Assembly: GCA_048940445.1 (NCBI GenBank)
Contig: JBHLON010000003.1
Span: 77,978-141,977, forward strand
From: Promethearchaeota archaeon
GTDB lineage: Archaea; Asgardarchaeota; Lokiarchaeia; Sigyniarchaeales; SOKP01
Direction: 5' to 3'
DNA: 64,000 bases
Positions 39,777 through 50,700 of this stretch are shown one piece after another. A program made the translations under genes and the position numbers. Below the pieces are notes generated by a model that was not told the DNA's origin, made no database searches, and saw only the letters and a program-made list of their open reading frames with translations. Positions within the stretch are counted from its first letter, which is position 1, and every line of letters begins with the position of its first letter.

Positions 39777-40257
39777 GCGTCTCCTTGATACCTCGAGACA
39801 AATTAAATAAAAGGTTTATTAACAGACTAACAATATAATCAAATTTTTTCTATTTAAACCTATTCTGGGTTAGAGTTTTTCTATTTAGTAATAGGACAAA
39901 AAGGACTTTTAATATAGAAATTTTATACTATTCATCTAATAATTTTGAAGCCAAATTAGAATTTAAAGGACGTTGGAGATAGATATAGCAGTTAGGATTT
40001 CTTTTCATTTTTGTCGCAGTAATTCTATCTCAATTTCTCTATTATTTCTAAACATTCAAACAAAAATATAAGAAAAGTCTTTAAAAGATAATTTTTAGAG
40101 ATTTTAGAATAAAAAAGTTTATTCAAATTATTTTACAAAAAAGCAACATTAATGAGGGAAATAATTTAAGAATTGGACTCCGAATTTTTTAAGAATTTAA
40201 AACTTCATTCTATAATTTGAATAAGAAAATTTTAATTTAGTTTTAGCAAAAATTTTA

Positions 40258-40476
40258 GTGATTATCATTAATAATGATGGCATTAATTTTGAAAAATTAG
40301 AGCTAGTGAAAAAATATTTCGCGAGAATCTTTATTGTACTTAAAAAGGATATCAGACGTGAATTACTGGCTTTAAACTTAACGAAGGATGAATTACGAGA
40401 GATTAAAAAGGAATTAGTATTTTTACCCGAAGAAAAACAAAAGGAATATCTAAAAGAATTATCACGAAAAAAATAA
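40258..40476 (+). CDS. hypothetical protein, possibly a C-terminal remnant
   Basis: charged helical ORF ending ELVFLPEEKQKEYLKEL; upstream DNA contains an interrupted hydrophobic frame. Confidence 0.45.
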   Translation: MIIINNDGINFEKLELVKKYFARIFIVLKKDIRRELLALNLTKDELREIKKELVFLPEEKQKEYLKELSRKK

Positions 40477-40694
40477 TCTATTTATGAAAATTTGAATTTT
40501 ATACAAGTCTTATAAAATTGTAAAATATAAAAATTAATTATTAGGCTTATATCTATTATAAAAGGACAATAACAAATTTTATAATTAAAAATACTTTTCA
40601 CTTCTTAAGATTATTAAATAAAGTAGTTTGATCAAACTATTAAGAAAGTAATTTTCTCACTTTTTTATATAAGTTCAATTTAAATTTACAATTA

Positions 40695-41318
40695 TTGACG
40701 AAACTGGGAAAAATTATGAGCGATAATGTAGAAAAATATATAAAAAGAAAAGTGCACAAAGAGACAAATTCCAGAATTGCTCAAAAGTTCGTTGATGCGG
40801 GATTAGAGAAAATTCGGGCTTGTATTAATTGCGGTACTTGTACTGGAAGTTGTCCTTCTGGTAGGCGTACTGCATATCGGACTCGTTCTGCTATTCGCCG
40901 TGCTTTAACTGGAGATGAAAGTGTTCTAAAAGATATTGATATTTGGCTATGTTCTACATGTTATACTTGTTATGAACGATGCCCAAGAAATATTCCAGTA
41001 ACTGATATGATCATAAAATTAAGAAATATCGCAGTAGAAGAAGGATATATTTTGGATTCTCATTTTGGTTTAGCAACCAATATTTTTTATGTTACCGGTC
41101 ATGGAGTACCTGCAAATGGAGAAGCTAACAAGAAATGGCAAGACTTAAGAGAATCTTTTGACTTACCACGTTTACCTCCTACTGTTCATACTCATCCTGA
41201 AGCCGTAAAAGAATGCCAAGAAATAATGAAATCAGTCGGTTTCACTGAATTAATGGAAAACGCCAGAAAATTAAAAGAAAAACGAGCCAAAGAAGAAAAT
41301 CAAGAGGAGAATAAATGA
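40695..41318 (+). CDS. hdrC: heterodisulfide reductase subunit C
   Basis: CINCGTCTGSCP and WLCSTCYTCYERCPR; ATG at 40716 is an alternative start. Confidence 0.95.
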   Translation: MTKLGKIMSDNVEKYIKRKVHKETNSRIAQKFVDAGLEKIRACINCGTCTGSCPSGRRTAYRTRSAIRRALTGDESVLKDIDIWLCSTCYTCYERCPRNIPVTDMIIKLRNIAVEEGYILDSHFGLATNIFYVTGHGVPANGEANKKWQDLRESFDLPRLPPTVHTHPEAVKECQEIMKSVGFTELMENARKLKEKRAKEENQEENK

Positions 41319-42274
41319 TGAGCGAAAGTTCAGAGTATAATTGGAAATATGGATTCTTTCTTGGTTGTGTAATACCTAATAGATACCCTATGATTGAAGC
41401 TTCAATCAGAAATGTTTTTGATTTTCTTGGTGCTGAAATTGTTGATTTACCTGGAGCTTCTTGTTGTCCTGCTCCGGGAGTTTTTCGAGCTTTCCATATT
41501 CCAACTTGGTTAGTAATTGCTGCTCGTAATATATCAATTGCCGAGCATATCGGAGTGAATCCCTTAACAGGATGTAATGGATGTTATGGTACTTTACGAG
41601 ATGCTTGGTTTGAGTTGGAACATGAACCAGAAATGAAAAAGATGGTTCAAAAGGAACTTGCTAAGATAGGTAGAACATATCAAGGTAATTTAGAACCAAA
41701 GCATGTTGTTCAGGCATTATATTTAGATATGGGTTTGGATTATTTACGTGACCATATAAAATATACCTTTCAAGATCTTAAAGTTGCCGTGCATTACGGA
41801 TGTCATATAATAAAACCAAGCGATAAACGTCCTTGGCAAGGAGAATGCGAAGATCCAACATTTTTGGATGAAATTGTTGAATTAACTGGCGCAAAAAGTA
41901 TCAATTATAAAGATAAATTTATGTGTTGCGGAGCAGGAGGGGCAGTTAGAACTGCTGTAAAAGAAGTTTCGGCAGATTTTACCCGAGAAAAATTAATGAA
42001 TATGCGTGATGCTGGCGCTGACATTGTTCTGGATTGTTGCCCATTTTGCCATTTACAGCTTGATTTGGGACAAATGGAAGCAAATGGGATTTATAAAGAT
42101 TTAATAGGAGAACCTTTGAAAATTCCCGTAGTATATATAACCCAACTTTTGGGATTATCTTTTGGAATGGATCCTAATAAATTAGGTTTAATAAAAAATC
42201 ATGAATTAACTGGAGTACCTCCTTTCATTTCAATAGATCCATTCTTGGATATAATAAAAAATCAATTAATATAG
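41315..42274 (+). CDS. hdrB: heterodisulfide reductase subunit B
   Basis: FLGC, SCCPAPG, CNGC, HYGCH, CCGAGG, CPFCHLQ. Confidence 0.96.
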   Translation: MMSESSEYNWKYGFFLGCVIPNRYPMIEASIRNVFDFLGAEIVDLPGASCCPAPGVFRAFHIPTWLVIAARNISIAEHIGVNPLTGCNGCYGTLRDAWFELEHEPEMKKMVQKELAKIGRTYQGNLEPKHVVQALYLDMGLDYLRDHIKYTFQDLKVAVHYGCHIIKPSDKRPWQGECEDPTFLDEIVELTGAKSINYKDKFMCCGAGGAVRTAVKEVSADFTREKLMNMRDAGADIVLDCCPFCHLQLDLGQMEANGIYKDLIGEPLKIPVVYITQLLGLSFGMDPNKLGLIKNHELTGVPPFISIDPFLDIIKNQLI

Positions 42275-42282
42275 AGGGTAAA

Positions 42283-44307
42283 ATGAAAATGACTGAAAGT
42301 AAAAAAGAAGTAGAAAAAGTTAAGAAAAACATCATAGTTACCGGTAATGAAAAACCTCAAGTTGGAGTATATGTATGTCATTGCGGAGTAAATATAGGAG
42401 GAGTTGTTTCAGTACCTGACTTAATAGAATATGCTAAAGATCTACCTGATGTTGCTGCTGCGCGTGAATATAAGTTTTTTTGTTCAGATACGGGTCAGAA
42501 TATAATAAAAGAAGATATTCAATCAGGTTTAGTAAATAGAGTAGTTGTAGCAGCATGTTCTCCAAGAATGCATGAACCTACTTTTAGATTAGTGTGTAAA
42601 GAAGCAGGTTTGAATCAATTTTTATTTGAACAAGCCAATATAAGAGAACATTCAACTTGGGTTCATATGAAAGATCCAGAAGGGGCATTTGAAGCAGCAA
42701 AAGATCTCATTAAAATGTCCGTTGCTAAAGCTAGACAATTAAAACCTTTGGAAGTAAAAACTGTAGATATTGAACCTTCTTGTTTAATTATTGGAGGTGG
42801 TATAGCAGGTATGAACTCCGCTTTAGATTTAGCCACTGAGGGATATAAGGTATATCTAGTAGAAAAATCTCCTACTATAGGAGGTCATATGGCGCAATTA
42901 GATAAAACATTTCCAACAATGGATTGTAGTGCTTGTATTTTAACCCCAAGAATGGTTGATGTGGCAAGAAATGAAAATATTGAACTCTTGACTTATTCAG
43001 AAGTCGTAGAAATAACCGGTTATGTCGGAAATTTTGAAGTTACAATTTTGAAAAAACCTCATTATGTTGATCAAGAAGCATGCACTGGATGTGGAATTTG
43101 TGATGAGAAATGTCCTGTAGTGTGTTCAAATGAATTTGATATTGGATTAGCCACTAGAAAAGCTATTTATATCCCTTTTCCTCAAGCTGTTCCCGGCAAG
43201 TATACAATCGATATGGATAAATGTATTAAATGTGGAATTTGTGCTAGACCAACAGTATGTGAACCAGATGCGATAAGATTTGATCAAGAACCAGATTATC
43301 TGAAAGTTAAGGTAGGTACTATCATTATTGCAACAGGTTGGGATTTATACGATCCCACTGAATTAAAACAATATGGGTATGGTAAATATCCTAATGTAAT
43401 TAATGGACTTCAGATGGAACGATTATTAAGTTCTACTGGACCTCTCGTTGGAAAACCAGCGCGTCCATCTGATCTTAAAGAACCTCATAGTATAGCGTTT
43501 CTTCAATGTGTTGGGAGTAGAAATTTTAGAGAAGGAGGCCATCAATATTGTTCAAGAGTCTGTTGTATGTACGCTACCAAACAGGCTAGACAATACAAAG
43601 AAAAGCATCCTGATGCAGATGTATATATTTTTTATATGGATATTAGGGCTTTTGGGAGAGGATATGAAGAATTTTATGAATCAGCAGCAAGGAATTACGG
43701 GATAAATTATATTAGGGGGAGAATTGCTGAAGTCAGAGAAGATCAAGATCATAATATTATTATAAGATCAGAAGATACCTTGCTTCAAGAGCCTATTGAA
43801 ATAAGTGTTGACTTATTAGTGCTTTCATGTGGTTTAGAGGCAAGAGGCGATACTGATAAAGTTGCTTCTTTGGTAAGAGTACAAAGATCTTCTGATGGAT
43901 TCTTTATGGAAGCTCATCCCAAATTAAGGCCAGTCGATACTTTAACTGAAGGAATTTTTATAGCTGGAGTGGCTCAAGGTCCGAAAGATATCCCTGATTC
44001 TGTGGCTCAAGCGAAGGGTGCTGCTTCAAGTGCGGCAACACTCATGGCAAGAGGCGAAGTCGAATTAGAACCTTATTATGCCGTTGTATCTCCAGAGCGT
44101 TGTATTGGATGTGGTATGTGTGTAGAAAATTGTGCTTATGGTGCAATCGAGTTAATTGATGATAAAAGATATGGGAAGATAGCTTCAGTTAACCAAGCCT
44201 TATGTAAAGGGTGTGGAGCTTGTTCGGGTAACTGTAGATGTGCCGCAATAGATATTATGGGTTTTACTGGCGAACAATTATTTTCAATCATTATGGGAGG
44301 AGAATAA
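42283..44307 (+). CDS. hdrA: heterodisulfide reductase subunit A (bifurcating flavoprotein)
   Basis: VYVCHCG, ACSPRMHE, GGGIAG, LDKTFPTMDCSACI, CSRVCCM, ferredoxin motifs. Confidence 0.97.
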   Translation: MKMTESKKEVEKVKKNIIVTGNEKPQVGVYVCHCGVNIGGVVSVPDLIEYAKDLPDVAAAREYKFFCSDTGQNIIKEDIQSGLVNRVVVAACSPRMHEPTFRLVCKEAGLNQFLFEQANIREHSTWVHMKDPEGAFEAAKDLIKMSVAKARQLKPLEVKTVDIEPSCLIIGGGIAGMNSALDLATEGYKVYLVEKSPTIGGHMAQLDKTFPTMDCSACILTPRMVDVARNENIELLTYSEVVEITGYVGNFEVTILKKPHYVDQEACTGCGICDEKCPVVCSNEFDIGLATRKAIYIPFPQAVPGKYTIDMDKCIKCGICARPTVCEPDAIRFDQEPDYLKVKVGTIIIATGWDLYDPTELKQYGYGKYPNVINGLQMERLLSSTGPLVGKPARPSDLKEPHSIAFLQCVGSRNFREGGHQYCSRVCCMYATKQARQYKEKHPDADVYIFYMDIRAFGRGYEEFYESAARNYGINYIRGRIAEVREDQDHNIIIRSEDTLLQEPIEISVDLLVLSCGLEARGDTDKVASLVRVQRSSDGFFMEAHPKLRPVDTLTEGIFIAGVAQGPKDIPDSVAQAKGAASSAATLMARGEVELEPYYAVVSPERCIGCGMCVENCAYGAIELIDDKRYGKIASVNQALCKGCGACSGNCRCAAIDIMGFTGEQLFSIIMGGE

Positions 44308-44309
44308 TT

Positions 44310-44768
44310 TTGAGCAAAACAAAATCTCAATTGAATAAAGTAGAAAAGAAAGAGGATTGGCAACCAAAAATACTTGCTTTCTTATGTAATTGGTGTTCGT
44401 ATGCGGGTGCAGATCTGGCTGGAGTAAGTCGGATACAATATCCTTCAAATATAAGAATTGTAAGAGTTCCTTGTTCAGGAAGGGTAAATCCTTATTTTAT
44501 AATAAAAAGTCTTATAAGTGGTTGGGATGGTGTTGTTGTTTCAGGGTGTCATCCCGGTGATTGTCATTATATTAGTGGCAATTTAGTAGCAAGACGGCGT
44601 TTTACAATTTTAAATGAATTATTTAATTTTTTTGGTATAGAACCAGACAGAGTGAGTTTTATGTGGGCTTCGGCATCTGAAGGTGAGCGGTTTGCAACTT
44701 TAATTAAAAAAGTCACGGAAAAAGTACGGAAATTGGGACCTAATAAACAATTTCAAAAAACTTGGTGA
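44310..44768 (+). CDS. mvhD: MvhD/FlxD [2Fe-2S] subunit
   Basis: FLCNWCSYAGAD, PCSGR, GCHPGDCHY; start moved to the TTG at 44310 after GGAGGA. Confidence 0.93.
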   Translation: MSKTKSQLNKVEKKEDWQPKILAFLCNWCSYAGADLAGVSRIQYPSNIRIVRVPCSGRVNPYFIIKSLISGWDGVVVSGCHPGDCHYISGNLVARRRFTILNELFNFFGIEPDRVSFMWASASEGERFATLIKKVTEKVRKLGPNKQFQKTW

Positions 44769-44772
44769 TATC

Positions 44773-45786
44773 ATGGTAAATTTGGAAGAAAATAATAAAG
44801 AGATTGAGCAATCAATTAGAGAATTAGCTAAAAAGTTACTTGAGGAAAAAGAAGTTGATGTTATTATTGGTTATACCAAAGGAACAATCCCCTTAAGCTC
44901 AAGTCCGATTGTAATAGATAAGGTTGAAGATATTGACAAATTAATTTGGAACAACCTATGCTATGTTAATTTAGCTAAATATTTAGTACCTTTAATACCC
45001 ACCTTTATTAAGCCAGATGGTCGAAAAATGAAGATAGGAATAGTTTCAAAGGGTTGTGTTGGAAGAGCATTAATTCATTTAGCTGTAGAACATCAAATTG
45101 ATTTAGATAATATAAAAATAATAGGTATTCCTTGTAATGGAATTATCAATAGAGCTAAGTTACAAAAAGAGATAGGAGAACAAGAAATTATAGAAGCTTT
45201 CATATCTGGAGATAACATTATAGTTAAAACAAAAGATTTGGAGAAATCATTTTCTTATGAAGATTATCTAAATGAATTATGTAAAACATGTCAAGTTAAA
45301 TCCCCTCCCAAAGTAGCTAATGCAAATGTGGGTGAGTTCTTGGAAAATCCTATCATTGAAGATGATTTTACAGATTTAGAAGATTATGAGTCAAAAACCC
45401 CAGAAGAAAAATGGGCATACATAAAAGATTTGTTAAGTACTTGTACTAGATGTTATGCATGTAGAGAGGCATGCCCCATGTGTTATTGTAATCTCTGTTT
45501 CGTAGACCAAAATAAACCAGTTTGGTTTGGAAAAACGACTGATTTGCCTGATATAATCGTGTTCCATTTAATTCGTGCATTACATCTAGCGGGTAGGTGT
45601 GTAGCTTGTGGGGCTTGTACCAGTGTGTGTCCGATGGGGATCGATTTGAACCTGATTACAAGAAAATTAGAAAAAATAGTAAAAGAGCGATTTGATTTTA
45701 CTTCTGGTATAGATTTCGAACAGTTACCTCCTATGATGTCTTTTAGTTTGGAAGATGAACAAGAATATATGTTAGAGGAAGATTAA
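44773..45786 (+). CDS. flxC: FlxC/FdhB-like Fe-S subunit
   Basis: CTRCYACREACPMCYC..C, HLAGRCVACGACTSVCP; position in an hdrCBA-flxDCBA order. Confidence 0.8.
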   Translation: MVNLEENNKEIEQSIRELAKKLLEEKEVDVIIGYTKGTIPLSSSPIVIDKVEDIDKLIWNNLCYVNLAKYLVPLIPTFIKPDGRKMKIGIVSKGCVGRALIHLAVEHQIDLDNIKIIGIPCNGIINRAKLQKEIGEQEIIEAFISGDNIIVKTKDLEKSFSYEDYLNELCKTCQVKSPPKVANANVGEFLENPIIEDDFTDLEDYESKTPEEKWAYIKDLLSTCTRCYACREACPMCYCNLCFVDQNKPVWFGKTTDLPDIIVFHLIRALHLAGRCVACGACTSVCPMGIDLNLITRKLEKIVKERFDFTSGIDFEQLPPMMSFSLEDEQEYMLEED

Positions 45787-45790
45787 AAAG

Positions 45791-46861
45791 GTGATTCATA
45801 AAGTGCAAGAAAATATCCTTCTAAAAGAACAAATTGGAAAACTTTATGATACTTTAGCGAAGGAATATACATTTTATGCTCCCATTAAAGAAAAAGGTAA
45901 TATTGTTTTTAGAAAAATAACTAAATCAGGAGATATAGTACTAGAGTATTTAAACTCTAAGGTCCCACCAAAAGAAATTTTATTTCCAAAAACAGATATC
46001 CTTTTTGAATATAAGATTAATGGTAAAGAAATTGAGATTGAAAATATAAAGGGTTTAGACGAAAAAAAAATAATTTTTGGAATTAGACCGTGTGATGCCT
46101 ATAGTTTTTATTTATTAGAAAACTTTTTTTCGCAAGGAGAAGTTAAAGATGAGATTATTTTAAAAAGGAGAGAAAATACAACTCTTATAGGAATAGCTTG
46201 TAATTCTCCTAAAACTACTTGCTTTTGTACATCTGTAGGTGGTAATCCTTTTCAAAAAGAGAATTTAGACATATTTCTTGTAGACCTGGGAAATAAGTAT
46301 CTTGTTGAATCAATTAGTGAAAAAGGTAAAAAATTAGTAAAAAAGCTTTCATGGTTGACTGAAGCAACCGATAATGATGTAAAAACCGCCCAAGAATTAG
46401 CTATTAAAGCAGAACGGGCAATATCAACAAAAATGGATTTAAAAGATATTGATAAAGTTTTAGATCCGAATTTTAATCATCCAATTTGGGAAGAGATTAG
46501 TGAGAGTTGTATAGGGTGTGGCACCTGCTCATTTTTATGTCCAACTTGTACTTGCTTTGATGTAATTGATGAAAAAATTCCAAATGAAAATCGAGGACGT
46601 AGAATTAGAATATGGGACACATGTCAATTTTGCTTATATTCACTCCATACTAGCGGTCATAACCCTCGAGAGAGTAATATAGAAAGATGTAGAAACAGAA
46701 TTTTACATAAATTTTGTTATTACCCTGAAAATTATGATGTATTAGGTTGCGTTGGATGTGGTCGTTGTATTCAACTTTGTCCAGTTAATAATGATCTTAG
46801 AAAAATAATTGAAAAAATTAGTAATATTAAAAAAATAGAGAGCGAAAAAGTAAATGCATAA
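45791..46861 (+). CDS. flxB: FlxB/AsrA-like 4Fe-4S subunit
   Basis: GIRPCD, CFC, CIGCGTCSFLCPTCTC, CVGCGRCIQLCP. Confidence 0.82.
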   Translation: MIHKVQENILLKEQIGKLYDTLAKEYTFYAPIKEKGNIVFRKITKSGDIVLEYLNSKVPPKEILFPKTDILFEYKINGKEIEIENIKGLDEKKIIFGIRPCDAYSFYLLENFFSQGEVKDEIILKRRENTTLIGIACNSPKTTCFCTSVGGNPFQKENLDIFLVDLGNKYLVESISEKGKKLVKKLSWLTEATDNDVKTAQELAIKAERAISTKMDLKDIDKVLDPNFNHPIWEEISESCIGCGTCSFLCPTCTCFDVIDEKIPNENRGRRIRIWDTCQFCLYSLHTSGHNPRESNIERCRNRILHKFCYYPENYDVLGCVGCGRCIQLCPVNNDLRKIIEKISNIKKIESEKVNA

Positions 46862-47693
46862 TATTTATATTCCTAAATTGACGACCATTAAAAATGCTTT
46901 TTCAGAGAATAAAGTAAATGATATAAAGACTCTTGAATTGGTTTTTAAAAATCAAGGTGATTATGAAAATTTTGCTTATATTCCCGGACAATTTGCAGAA
47001 ATAAGTGCTATAGGAAAAGGAGAATGCCCAATAGGAATCGCATCATCCCCTACTGAAACAGGGTCAATTAGGTTCACTATAAAGAAAATGGGAACTGTTA
47101 CGACAGCATTTCACGACATGGTAGAGGGAGACACCGTTGGTGTAAGAGGTCCCTTCGGAAATGGTTGGCCAGTAGAAGATATGAAAGGAAAAAATATTGT
47201 AATTATAGGAGGAGGATTTGCATTTTCAACCTTACGTTCACTTGTAATCTATATGTTAGATGATAAGTTTAGAAAACTCTATAAGAATATTACAGTAATT
47301 TATGGGAATCGTGATTCAGGAGAAGTATTATATCGAAGTGATCTTAATGACTGGAAAAACAGAAAAGATTTAAATGTTACCCTAACCATTGATCGGGAAG
47401 AAGAAGATTGGAATGAAAAGGTTGGATTCGTTGCTCCGATAGTAAAAGAAGTAGCACCTTCTTCTGATAATTCTGTAGCAATAGTATGCGGCCCACCAAT
47501 AATGATAAGAACTACGATTGCAGTTTTAGAAGAACTAGGTTTTAAAGATGAACAAATATTAAACTCGTTAGAGATGAGAATGAAATGTGGAGTCGGTAAA
47601 TGTGGTAGATGCAATATTGGTAATAAATATGTATGTATTGACGGTCCAGTATTTTCACAGGCGGAACTTAAAAAAATGCCCGATGAATATTAA
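46854..47693 (+). CDS. flxA: FlxA/AsrB-like FAD/NAD-binding [2Fe-2S] subunit
   Basis: PGQF, RGPFGNG, GGG, CGPP, MKCGVGKCGRC...C.DGPVF. Confidence 0.88.
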   Translation: MHNIYIPKLTTIKNAFSENKVNDIKTLELVFKNQGDYENFAYIPGQFAEISAIGKGECPIGIASSPTETGSIRFTIKKMGTVTTAFHDMVEGDTVGVRGPFGNGWPVEDMKGKNIVIIGGGFAFSTLRSLVIYMLDDKFRKLYKNITVIYGNRDSGEVLYRSDLNDWKNRKDLNVTLTIDREEEDWNEKVGFVAPIVKEVAPSSDNSVAIVCGPPIMIRTTIAVLEELGFKDEQILNSLEMRMKCGVGKCGRCNIGNKYVCIDGPVFSQAELKKMPDEY

Positions 47694-47719
47694 AAAATTT
47701 TAAAAATATTTTTTGTTCT

Positions 47720-50700
47720 TTAGGTTGATTCAATTTTTACCTTGCTGACTTTTGAAGGTATTTTTGTTTCTCCCAACTTTTTAATTTTTTCTGTGAATTC
47801 CGAAATATCTTCTGCAAATTGCCTTCCTTCGCTTGCTGAAACTTGGGTAATATAAATTCTCTCTTCTTCTAGTCCAATCTTTTTTATTAGTTCTTTGAGA
47901 TTATCCATTCGAAGATAAGCATTTTCATTACCACTTATATAATGACAATCTCCAAGATGACACCCAGCTATAAATACTCCATCAGCACCCTCTAAAAATG
48001 CTTGTAGAATATAACTTTTTGACATTCCCCCTGAACACATTACTCTTATGATCCTAACATTAGGCGGATATTGATATCGACTAACACCTGCTAGATCAGC
48101 ACCTGCATATGAACACCAATTACATAAGAAAGCCACGATTTTTGGTTCCCACGTTTTTTCTTCATGTTTTGTTGCTTCACTAATCATTGGTTTAATTTGT
48201 TCATTCCCAAAATGACTCATAGATATTGCAGAAACAGGACATTCTGCAAAACAAGTACCACATCCTTTACATAAAGCTTTAATTACTTGGGCTTTCTTTA
48301 ATTCATTGTCATACAATCCCATCTGTTTAGTACTTTCTAATAATTCTATAGCGTTATAAGGACAAATCTCAGTGCACCTACCGCATCCTATGCATTTTTC
48401 TTCGTTCACATTAGCGGTTACTCCTTCTGTCAATAAAATATCTTTCGATAAGATTGTCATGGCTCTTGCTGCTGCAGAATTTGCTTGCGCGATGCTTTCA
48501 GTGATATTTGCAGGTCCTCGAGCAGTCCCACACAAGAAAATTCCTTCTGTAGCGAAGTCACTTGGTCTTAATTTAACATGGGCTTCTAAAAAGAAATTAT
48601 CTTCATTAAGAGGTACTTTTAATAATTTAGCTAATTCTGAATTCTCTTTAGGAGCAACAATTCCAGCACTTAAAACCACTAAATCAGCGTTCATTTTAAG
48701 ATCTCCCATATCAGTCTTCTGTAATAAAATCTGTAATTGTTTATTTTCACTAATGACTTCAGGTGGAATTTTTTCATCAAATCTTATGAATAAAACTCCC
48801 TTTTCTCTAGCTAAATTATAATATTTTTCCTTAAAGCCGTAAGTTCTTATGTCTCGAAATAAAATAACTACATTTAGGTCAGGGTTAATCTCTTTTGCTT
48901 TTATCGCATTTTTTACTGCTTCTGAACAGCACATTCTACTACAATAAGGATTTTCTTCGTTTCTTGATCCAATACATTGAATCATTACAATTGATTTTAA
49001 ATCTTTTATTTTTTTATCATCATTAAAAAGAAATTCTTCAAATTTTGACTGGGTTATAATACTCTTATTTTGATTAAATAGATACTCATCATCTTTAGGG
49101 GTATATTCATATGCACCTGTAGCTACAATAATAATACCATGATCAACTTTTTGTTGTTCATTGTCTCCCAGATTAATTTCTGTAGTAAAATTGCCTACAT
49201 AACCATTTATAGAGTTAATTTTTGCTTTCAGAAATACATTTATTAATTTATGATTATTGATTTTTTCAATTAAATTTGAAACTAATTCTTGCACGTTATT
49301 GTTCTCTAAAGTTTGATAGACGTTTCGAGCGAATCCTCCTAATCGATCGCTTTTTTCAACTAAATATACATTGTATCCTTGATCAGCTAGATTTAAAGCC
49401 GCAGTCATTCCAGATACTCCGCCTCCAATAACCAAACCTTTATGAATTACTTCTACTTTCTGTTCTTGTAAGGGGATTAAATTTCTAGCCTTTGCAACAG
49501 ACATTCTAACTAAATCCTTAGCTTTTTCTGTGGCTTCTTCTGGTGTGTGCATGTGAACCCAAGAGCACTGATCTCTAATATTTGCTAGATCAAAAAGATA
49601 TTTATTTAATCCTGCCTCTCTAATAGTGGCTTGAAATAATGGTTCATGTGTTCTTGGTGTACAAGATGCCACAATAACTCTATTTAAATTATGTTCCTTG
49701 ATCTTTTCCTTTATTATTGATTGTGTATCTGCTGAACATGTATAAAGATTTCTTTCAGCATATACTACATCTGGTAAAGTACTAGCATAATCAACTACCT
49801 CGGGAACATCTACGACACCTCCAATATTGATTCCACAGTGACACACAAAAACTCCAATACGAATCGGTTCTCCACTTATGTCACGTTCTTCATAATGCTT
49901 TTCTTGAGCTACTAATGTATTTTTAGTATCAGATAAAAGTACATTTACAGCTCCAGCAGCTGCGCTAGCTTCTATTACAGTTTCTGGAATATCTTTAGGT
50001 TCTTTAAATGTCCCACATACATAAATCCCTGGTCGAGAAGTTGCACTTGGATTAAATGTATCAGTCTTACAGAAACCATATTCATTTAATTCAATATTTA
50101 ATTCCTTAGCTAATGTTGATACGGTTGAATTGGGTTGTATACCAACCGATAAAACAACTAAATTGAAAATTTCCTCAACGACCTTACCTTCTTCTGTCTC
50201 AAATTTTATTTTTAGATCTTCAGAATCAGGAACTTTCGTTATAGAAGAAATTCTACTTCTTATATATCTTATACCATAATCATTCTTAGCTCTTTCAATA
50301 TATCTTTCGAAATCTTTTCCATGTGCTCGTATATCCATGCTAAAAATCGTTGGTTCAACTTTTTCAGAATGTTCTTTTGCAATTACTGCTTCTTTTGTAG
50401 TGTACATGCAACACATTGAAGAGCAATATTCATGCCCGATTTTTTTATCCCTAGACCCAACACAATGCAAGAATGCAATTTTTTTAGGAGTTGTATGATC
50501 TGAAGGACGAACGACCTCTCCTTTAAATGGACCAGAAGCATTTAAAATTCGTTCAAATGCAATACTTGTAATAACATTCTTGAATTCACCATATCCATAT
50601 ACATTTCCTTTTCCGGGAATATATACATCAGAACCAAGTGCTACTATTATAGCACCAACATTAATAGAGACTAACTCATCAGTTAATGTGTGATCAACAG

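Noticed and set aside
39973-40257. Interrupted hydrophobic frame (LGFLFIFVAVILSQFLYYF) upstream of 40258..40476
   Set aside because: Could be a decayed gene, but needs several frameshifts and cannot be reconstructed without a homologue
44238-44309. N-terminal extension of MvhD given by the ORF track
   Set aside because: It overlaps hdrA; a TTG at 44310 with a GGAGGA SD gives the expected protein
48372-48821. 149-aa antisense ORF and the other short antisense or out-of-frame ORFs in the track (e.g. 7628..7870, 27010..27291, 47300..47614, 60707..60988)
   Set aside because: Shadows of well-supported genes; no motifs or initiation signals
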